Source of the DNA: Octopus bimaculoides
Lineage: Eukaryota
Assembly (NCBI RefSeq): GCF_001194135.2
Contig: NC_068983.1
Location: 104,322,214-104,386,213, forward strand
Length of the DNA stretch: 64,000 nt
Direction of reading: 5' to 3'
The position numbers and the translations under genes were made by a program. Position 1 is the first letter of the stretch. Each line of letters begins with the position of its first letter. Under the pieces are notes generated by a model, which was not told the DNA's origin, made no database searches, and was given only the letters and a program-made list of their open reading frames with translations. This document shows, one piece after another, positions 54,481 through 64,000 of the stretch.

Positions 54481-57160
54481 AGGCATCCCATGTCCTCTAA
54501 GCATTTCAGTTTCAATGAGGTTGCCATAAGTAATATATCATCAGAGTGTCTTTTGAGTTCTGGTCTTGTTTTTTCCCCCTTAACACTTCATCTTCCTTCT
54601 TACCATACATTATTCTCATCCATTACTTATTGGTATTTGATGCAACCATGAATCTCATGTCACCCTAGGTTTTGATGTGCTTCTCACTTCATGAGTCTTA
54701 ACTCCCTGTTTTAGCCACATTTCTTTTATCCCTTCTTCCCTTACTTTTTGTCCTTTAGGAGAGTTTGTCGCTGCTTTCAAACCTCTATGCTTCTTATTGC
54801 AAGATGATGGGGTGGTACAGCTGGAAGGGAGCCTCTTGACTTCCTAGTCATCTCAGTGTCAAGTGCCAAGAGCTCCTGATACTGAGATGGTCTATTTTTA
54901 TCACAATGGGGTAATCCCTCACTTTTGAACATCGATTACATCTTCCTGAACTTCTTTCTCTTTTGACCTCTAGCAATTATAATATTGCTACAAACACAAT
55001 CAACACTAATTAGGATATTCAAGTAGCAGAAATTATTTAACAATGTCTAGTGAGACACATGAGCACTTCATAGATGCACCTGTTACTGAGTGCATCTGTG
55101 TATCTTTAAGATCTAATGCCCTGATGCTGTCAGTCTCAGAAATCCCAATGCATCTCACTTTTCTATTCCTTTCTTCCTCTGTACTGAATTCCTACCGATG
55201 ACTTTTCTACATAAGAAGCAAAATCGCTTTCTGGATGTCACTGAGATTATGTATTCACTCTAACATTTTGGTTTTCGCAGTGTTGACATCAAGGCTTAGG
55301 AGTTTTGATCATGCTTCCGAGTTTCTCAGTCTGTAGATTTTGTGCATGCATATGAGGGGGTGCTGAAAAGTTCCTGGCTTTAAGGGTATCATGAAAGGTT
55401 TGGTTGGAGGCCCAGCCTGAGTTCTTTTACAGGGCTTAGTGAACCTGAATGTCTGCTTCAATAAATGTGAATCTGGGAGGGGAATATGCTGAATAAAATC
55501 ACAACTGGTCTTCCTGTATTTTCTTTTCTTCAAAGCCAGGAACATTTCAGCATCACCTCATTTATTTTTATATATACACACTTACACTCGTGTGTGTGCT
55601 TATATGGCAACCAGTGAGTGGTAACATCATGAACAGGCTGTCTGTATTGGTGAGGACAAAGGCTTTTGTGAGGTCAATGAAAGTTACACTGACTAATTTA
55701 TGTCAATGGTGGACCTGTTGGTGCAGAAACCTCATTGTAACACAGGATATACTCTGTAAATTTCTGAAACCTTTACAGAACTATTCTGATGAAGAGTTTG
55801 TTGGTTATTCTAAGAATCAATAGGTTCTGTAGTTATTGTAGCTTTAAAATGGTGGCATCCTGCATATCTTGCATATCAGGGGAAGTTTAAGCAAGGTTGG
55901 TTTGCCACTTTCTAAAACTTTAGATAAGATACTGTTTATTGTAACTTCTGTTTTAACTGGGTATATAAGACTAAATCTAGAGTTGATCCTTTACTGTAAT
56001 ATAAACTGCTTGTCCAAATCAACATTAATTTCTGTTATCTAATCTTACTTTGTTAGTAATATATTTAGTCACTTTTATATATATTTAAATTTCATTAAAT
56101 GTCATTGTAACTCTAAGTAGTTGTCTTTTTATAGTTTTTGAGAGCTTCCTTATATATATTTAGGTCTAATTTGTATAGATTATTATTTTTGTCAGAAAAT
56201 AGAATTAGTTTTTAATCTTCTTGATATCAGATGTAAGATTTTGGGTGTATGACAAGATTCCACCATTTAAAAAAAAAAAAAGCCAAATGCATACATAAAT
56301 AAACCAAGAGCCACTATTTGAAAAATCTATACAACTGAAGTTCTTTCTGCATTTTTCAGGTTTTTTTTTTTGTTTTATCACACTCAATGGCAAAGTGGTT
56401 AAGTGGTATGTTTTCCAACGATGTGGAAACTGGAACTATAGCAGATGAGCTGAGGTGTTGTCCACCTACTTTCGTCCCGGCCACTCAAAGTCTTGTGAGT
56501 GACTCTGTTAGCTGCTATATTTCTGTCTCATTAATGTCATCATCATTATATAACATCTGCTTTCCATGCTGCCATGGGTTGGATGGTTTGACTGAAAACT
56601 AGTAAGCTGAGGAGCTGCACCAGGTTCCATTCTGATTTGGGAAGGTCTCTACAGCTGGATGCTCTTCCTAATGTTGCCCACTCCAAGAGTGTAGTGGGTG
56701 CTTTTTATGTGCCACTGGCATGAGTGCCATTGATGTGACACCGACATTAGCCATGACTATGATCTCACATATTGCACACTAATTTTATTTATGTTAGGCT
56801 ATTAACCATTGACAATATTCCATACCTGAAACAATGAACTTCAATTGATATTGGCAAATTTTGTAGTTTTACCTCTTAAATAGGGTCACTAAGATTTTCT
56901 GTAGCATTCTCTGAATAGGATGCTGTGATTATATCTTGAGGGTTTTGATCAAGAAATGACTTATGAAATCCTAATTAATGTAACTGTGGTTGTCATGGTA
57001 CTCAGAGAGGATATGTAGAATACAAATTGATTCAAGCCTGGTTACCATAACAACACAGCAAATTTATTTACTTAGTTTGTAACTTATCTTTCCTTTCAAT
57101 ATTAACACTTGGCTTTTTGGAATCAAGCCTCATAATATAATGGGAAGTATAACATATACA

Positions 57161-57575
57161 TATATACATACATATAAAGAATAGTAATAAATGGAGCAAA
57201 ACGCATATAATCAATAAGATTATATGCGTTTTGCTCCATTTATTACTATTCTTTATATCCACTCAAAATACATCACTTTAACATGGAATTTCTACCCATT
57301 AAGCGGGTATGATATCCCAGTTTTTGTGTGATTTTTGCTACCCTGGTAACTATTAACATATTTGCATTATCGAAGTTTTTCAACCAAGATAATATTAATA
57401 TATACATAAATTAAAATACGTACATACATACATATAAAGAATAGTAATAAATGGAGCAAAACGCATATAATCAATAAGATTATATGCGTTTTGCTCCATT
57501 TATTACTATTCTTTATATCCACTCAAAATACATCACTTTAACATGGAATTTCTACCCATTAAGCGGGTATGATAT
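57161..57575. repeat. 260-bp-period tandem duplication, each copy with a perfect 41-bp-stem hairpin
   Basis: 57161-57315 is repeated at 57421-57575, where it runs into an N-gap. Hairpins at 57172-57258 and 57432-57518 have loop AATAA. Confidence 0.9.
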
Positions 57576-57689
57576 NNNNNNNNNNNNNNNNNNNNNNNNN
57601 NNNNNNNNNNNNNNNNNNNNNNNNNNNNNNNNNNNNNNNNNNNNNNNNNNNNNNNNNNNNNNNNNNNNNNNNNNNNNNNNNNNNNNNNN

Positions 57690-57721
<32 letters not shown>

Positions 57722-58184
57722 TACACACACACATAACACATGTATATATATATGAATGTATGTATTTATATATATATATATATACATATATATGTGTGTG
57801 TGTGTGTGTACATATATATATTTCCTTTTGATCATTGGACCTCATGAAGGCAAAGTGGCTGAGTTTCTTTCGAGTGTTGGACCTCACAGAGGCAATGACT
57901 GAGGCCTTTGGCATTATGCCATGATTAAGAAAAAGACTTATCAAGCTGAGCAAAATCACAGTCGTGGCAGATACCAGTGCCGTGCAAATTGGCACCCATG
58001 CTGGTGGCACGTAAAAGCACCCATTACACTCTCAGAGTTGTTGGTATTAGGAGGGCATCCTGCTGTAGAAAACCATGCCAAATCAGACTGGAGTCTGGTG
58101 CAGCCTTCCAGCATGTCAAACCATCCAACCCATGCCAGCATAGACAACAGACATTAAATGGTGATGGTGATCATGATGATGATG

Positions 58185-58222
<38 letters not shown>

Positions 58223-61200
58223 TTAGGCGCAGGCATGGCTGTGTGGTAAGAAGCTTGCTTCCTAACCACATAGTTCTGGTTTCAGTCCCACTGTGTAGCA
58301 CCATGGGCAAGTGTCTCCTACTATAGCCTTGGGCCAACCAAAGCTTTGTGAGTGGATTTGGTAGACAGAAATGGAAAGAAGCCTTTCATATATATATGTA
58401 TATGTTTATGAGAGTTCCCCCACCATCGCTCGACAATTGATGTTGGTGTTTTTATGTCCCTGTAACTTAGTGGTTTGGCAAAAGAGATCAATAGAATAAG
58501 TACTAGGCTTACAAAGAATAAGTCCTGGTGTTGATTTCTTCATTCAAAGAACCCTGTAATGTGGTGCTCCAGCATAGCCACAGTCAAATGACTGAAACAA
58601 GTAAAAGAATATATATATTTCATTATAATACATATATATCATAATACATTTTTTTTTCTAATTTAATTCTTTGTCTTTTTTTAGTTGTTATGTACTGCTG
58701 CCTTTATATTTTAATATGTCACATGATCCAGCAAATTCCATCAGTTGCTATGGGTATTGGATAGATAATCTTCCCAACAGTAAAAGTGTGTGTACTGAGG
58801 AAGATACTGTATTTGAACATGGTATTAACAAATAAGTGTAATCATCTTTAGAGAACAATATGCCATTTTTATAAACAGTACAAAAATTGAGAAACATAGA
58901 ATTACCATTGAAGTGTATTGATAATACATTAAGTTTCATCATTTTTAATCAGTAAATTATTTCTGAATCAATAGACTTATAAGTTATCTGACTGTAAAGA
59001 GAAAATGTCTGAGTGAATAATGTATTGGATTACAATGCTTTCAAAGTTCAAATCTGGCATCTAGGTTTTATTCAACATCTGGGCAAAACATTAACTTCTA
59101 CAGGTTTCATTTTATATATTTCATTATCTGAAATATATGCTCTATATGCTCTATCAGAATATTATCTGCAATATATTGGAATCATATTTATAAGTGTTTT
59201 TATCTCTCATCTGTTTAACTGAATCAGGAACCAAACACTGTAGCCAATGGAAACTTCAGTGAGTGTCCAATCACAAGATATAAAATCCTTAAATAGAATG
59301 TAAAATAAAATAGCTATAAATATTTCTTATGTTAAAATCTAATAAACATGCTTGCTGACTATTTCTGTCTTTTGTTAGTTATTTTACTATTTTCAATTCT
59401 TTAATGTCAACTTCAGCAGTATCTTTCTAATTTTTGTTTAACCATCTAAATATCAATTCAGAATTTCTTTTCATTCAGTTCTCACAATTTATTTGCATTA
59501 CGTATTCGCCCTTAAACCAATAAAAAATTTCCACTACATAGCAATTAAACCTGTTAGAAATCGTTACCAAACCCCCCTTTAATCACATATCTAGTGTTTT
59601 AAAAAAGAGACGCATTCAATAACATAAATATCCTATGTTTAAAAAGAAATAAAAGATGGGTGGGCACAACTAAAACAACTTTGTTCATAGGTAAGTTTGA
59701 TATCAATTGGCTTGGTGTTAAAAAGGTATTGAAATTATTTTTTTTGTCAAAAATTATCTCTGAATTCCAGCAACCTATACAGTTTCAACAGGCATTCTAT
59801 CTTTTCTAAACCAGATTGTATGTTTAACAATCGCTGTTTTCTTTTTATTTTACTCCTTTCCAAACTCTTATAAACACCGATTTATCTCAAATAACAGTCT
59901 TTTCCTTCCCAGTTCCAAAAAAACATATTGCTTTAAGAATGTCTTTTTCCTAGTGTATCACTTTCTCAAATCCTATTTCCAATTAGTTGAAAATTTAGAA
60001 TTTTCTTATCTAGTCAAATACATAATTTGCACTTTCTCATTCATGTACGGAGCACCACCATGCATATTCTTATAAACAGAAATACTCTACATGATTGCCT
60101 TCCTCCTTGTCATTGTCATCATCATCATCATCATCATCACCACCACCATCATTTTTATGGCCAATTTTTCATAAGTTATACCGATCAATTTCAGTGTAGC
60201 ACCTCTACATTTGTTGCAATCTTTTGCCATCTCTTTTGTGAGGCTCAGGATTCTAAAGTCATTGAAAGCCACTTTTGTCCACCTCTTCTGCTTCTGTAAC
60301 CTCCTTCTACACACACAGTTTTCACCTAACTATAAATTTTCATGCACATACATTGCAGTCTTATGTGCTCATTCACAAAAATTTTATATACTTTTCTATT
60401 CATTCTAATATCTGCAGTAACAGTGCGACTATCCTTCGCTGATGAAGTTCAATAAGATCGAAATTTACCTAAAGTTGTCGCTGTACAGCTAAAGGCCAGT
60501 GCCTTTCCTTTCTCGCTACATTCTATATTTAATTAATTTTAATTTATTAAAATTTTAGGATTGTTTCTTTGGATTTTTGAACAAAGTCATTTAGAAAATT
60601 TTTCTCATCGTTAAGGGTGTAATTTTATCTAATCAAAATTTCTTGGTGTATTACGTCAAGTACGCTAGCGTCTAGTTTTCGTATAGTTACTTCCCTTGAT
60701 CACTAACTCTTATTTCACTATGTCGTAGTCGGTTGTGTTTCGTTCCTTCATAGTAGCCGTATATACATACATATATATATATATATTATTATATATTTTT
60801 TATATGAAATCACCATAGAGTTTGGTTTATTCATGTTTAACAAACCTAAGGAAAAGAAACTCATAACATTGTAAGTGAATCTTAGTAAGTTTACTTGGAA
60901 TGTATTTTACCTGTTGGTTGTGTGTTGTTCAGTGACTTTGTTGATTTGTTTCCTCCTCACCCTCTTGTTCGTTTGTAAGTCATCGTGATAAATTATTGAT
61001 TGGGAAAAAACTCTTTCAGAGTAACCAAAAAAAAAAAAAAAAAAACTTGAAAATCGTATGAAATCATTTGTCAACTATTACATGTCGTTATGTATTAAAT
61101 AACAAAACTCTCCAAATGTGTTTGGTTCTGTGCATGTATGTTACTTGTTACCATTGTGCCATCTAGAACATTTCCGTGTTGATATTAGAAAAAACAAAAC

Positions 61201-61553
61201 AAAAAAAAACCCCCTGATATTTTATTAATATTATCGTTTTCTTCTAATCACATTATTTTATGCTGGAGCTGTCTTTCAAGAAATCCGTGCTGTTATTTAT
61301 CGCAATACACAGTGACAGCAGCAAGAATTTGTTTAAATCTTCTGTCGATGTAATTGCATATTGAAACAACAGAATCAGAATAAACATAACTTTATTCTGT
61401 AATAAGCGAGACGTATTTACTATAGAGATTTGAGTTAATGTATTTTATAAGTTGGCGTAATTCAACGGACGGGCAAATTACACACAATTCTCGTTTTGTT
61501 GTTTGTTATTACAGTAGTTTTGTAATTTATCGGTCTTAAACACACACACACAC

Positions 61554-61585
<32 letters not shown>

Positions 61586-62737
61586 ATGCAGGCAGATCAG
61601 TATATATGTGTGTGTATGCAGACAGATCAGTAGATATATGTGTGCGCATGTATGTTGCACACATGAATCTATGCATGTGTGTGGGTGTAACACGGTGGTT
61701 GGTAAAGTTATGTCAGACCCAATTTCTACAATGATGTAAATTCTCACTTGAGACTTGTCCTGTCATACAAGAAAACTTCGTCGGACCTACTAAAAATAGT
61801 AACTAAATCTCCCTCAGATCGCAGCCAACCAGTTTTAATATAAAGAACGAACACATTGGATGATGTGATCCTAAGCATACCCCTAAAATAAAAAGACGGC
61901 TGTAAGGCCTTTTTATCAAGTCTGCAGAATCAGGGTTAACTAGGGGTTTAAACAACAGCTCTTGGAAGATGACAAATTTTCTGTTAGACTTAAATTTTTG
62001 TATATATTACTTGCCAAAACTCAAACAACACCCACGAAAGTGCGAACACCGCCCATTCTCATTCTCTGCTATCCTGTGGATTCTACGCCGTGTTCTTGCA
62101 AAGGCGGTGGAACTGATACAGTGTGTGTATGTGAGAGAGAGTCTTTATGTGTTTTGTTTAAATTTAGTCAGTTTTAGAGAGAGGTGGAAGTTAGTAAGAT
62201 AGGATCTTTTAAAATGCTGTTATTGATTCAATCGATTATATCACGTCCATTTTCAAACTTGCATTTCTTTTATTGTTATTAATGAGTCTAGAGTGAAGTG
62301 GCCATAGCCTTTATGTACATTCCTTAGTGTTTTTCTTCTTTCTTCAGGTTTGGGATATCTGGGTGGGTGGGTGGTGCATGAGTAAACGAGAAGATCTGGA
62401 GCAGAAGGGAAATTTCATGCCCGCATTTAAACTTGAAATTGCTAGATCAAAACTTATTTAATGTTATATCTTTGAGTCTGAAAATTAAGATTCATTGTTT
62501 TGTTGTTTATTTTTTTCAGTGCAGATCTATCCTTACAGGTTCTTATGCACCTGCAATTCACCTTTGGTACTATAAAGCCCACTTCTGTTCTAGCTGGATG
62601 GTGTACTGGAGAGTATTGATAAGTGTTTAGAATGAGAGAAAAGTGTGATACTATGATCGGGCAAGAAAAAGAAAAGAAAATCAACAAACGGATTTAGGTG
62701 GATGTAATATATATATATATATATATATATACGCACG

Positions 62738-62773
<36 letters not shown>

Positions 62774-63363
62774 NNNNNNNNNNNNNNNNNNNNNNNNNNN
62801 NNNNNNNNNNNNNNNNNNNNNNNNNNNNNNNNNNNNNNNNNNNNNNNNNNNNNNNNNNNNNNNNNNNNNNNNNNNNNNNNNNNNNNNNNNNNNNNNNNNN
62901 NNNNNNNNNNNNNNNNNNNNNNNNNNNNNNNNNNNNNNNNNNNNNNNNNNNNNNNNNNNNNNNNNNNNNNNNNNNNNNNNNNNNNNNNNNNNNNNNNNNN
63001 NNNNNNNNNNNNNNNNNNNNNNNNNNNNNNNNNNNNNNNNNNNNNNNNNNNNNNNNNNNNNNNNNNNNNNNNNNNNNNNNNNNNNNNNNNNNNNNNNNNN
63101 NNNNNNNNNNNNNNNNNNNNNNNNNNNNNNNNNNNNNNNNNNNNNNNNNNNNNNNNNNNNNNNNNNNNNNNNNNNNNNNNNNNNNNNNNNNNNNNNNNNN
63201 NNNNNNNNNNNNNNNNNNNNNNNNNNNNNNNNNNNNNNNNNNNNNNNNNNNNNNNNNNNNNNNNNNNNNNNNNNNNNNNNNNNNNNNNNNNNNNNNNNNN
63301 NNNNNNNNNNNNNNNNNNNNNNNNNNNATATATATATAAATATATATATAAATATATATATAA

Positions 63364-63400
<37 letters not shown>

Positions 63401-63420
63401 GATGTGACACTTATTCGGTA

Positions 63421-63491
63421 GCCATGATAAAACTCCGAGTTTCGGATGCCGAGGCGGAAACCCACACTGCCATCTCTTCAGTTATCTGGCC
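63421..63491 (-). ncRNA. Candidate type I hammerhead ribozyme (Penelope-associated small/dimeric type)
   Basis: The minus strand reads GCCAGATAA-CTGAAGA-GATG...CATC-C-GAAA-CTC-G-GAG-T-T|TTATC-A-TGGC. Both core motifs are in the correct order. Stem I is GATAA/TTATC plus GCCA/TGGC with one bulge, stem III is CTC/GAG with a 1-nt loop, stem II is GATG/CATC. Confidence 0.55.
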
Positions 63492-64000
63492 ATTGAAAAT
63501 TCTTATCTAGGAGTTTTGTCATGGCTACTGAATAAGTGTCACATGTTTTTACAGATAAATTTCTCTATTTACATAATGTCGAGGTCTATTTCTTTCTTTT
63601 GTTGTCTTTTCTATCAATATATGTATAAACATATAAACAATATATGAGTATATGCATATATATGTACATGTATGTACATACCTTCATCTACATGTACATA
63701 TAGATACATAACTGGGTACATGACGTGGCAAAAGAACATGGACAAAATGATAAACAGGTACAACAAACAAGCAAGCCACATAGAAACATCTCCTTCATCA
63801 GCTGCCACCATTAAAACACCGGCGTTTCGAAGAATTAAGGCAGTACGCATCGTTGAAATGGTTCTTCCCACGAACACAAATTAAATTATTTTCGTGGAGG
63901 GTAGTGGCGGACGGAAAACAAGACAGGAAAACGAACGGTGAATAAACAACAAGCAAAAAGGCTGTACAGCCAGATGTGAAGTGTGTATGTATTGAACGCT

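Noticed and set aside
55580-62700. Scattered exon-like segments (56387-56602, about 58720-58850, about 62350-62630) suggesting another gene
   Set aside because: No recognisable protein similarity or consistent exon chain.

Overview
AT-rich animal genomic DNA, most likely octopus (inferred from the tRNA-derived SINE and RTE-tail repeat families), with five N-gaps and many microsatellites. It holds two convergent spliced genes. A GTF3C4 (TFIIIC subunit 4) ortholog runs on + with 17 exons in the window (292-27475, 5' end outside the window) and contains one minor-spliceosome AT-AC intron. An LRRC14/PRAME-family leucine-rich-repeat gene runs on - (4 coding exons, 45674-30932). An intact, intronless, diverged RPL31 gene with its own TATA box and TCT/5'TOP start lies antisense inside intron 1 of the LRR gene. 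The rest is transposon-derived: RTE, R4/Dong-like and Penelope-like retroelement fragments, a Tc1 remnant, hAT, mariner and piggyBac-type MITEs, and several SINE families. Near the right end is a candidate type I hammerhead ribozyme enclosed by an inverted repeat. No rRNA, true tRNA gene or CRISPR array was found. All alignments and folds were done by eye from remembered family sequences; no database search was run.
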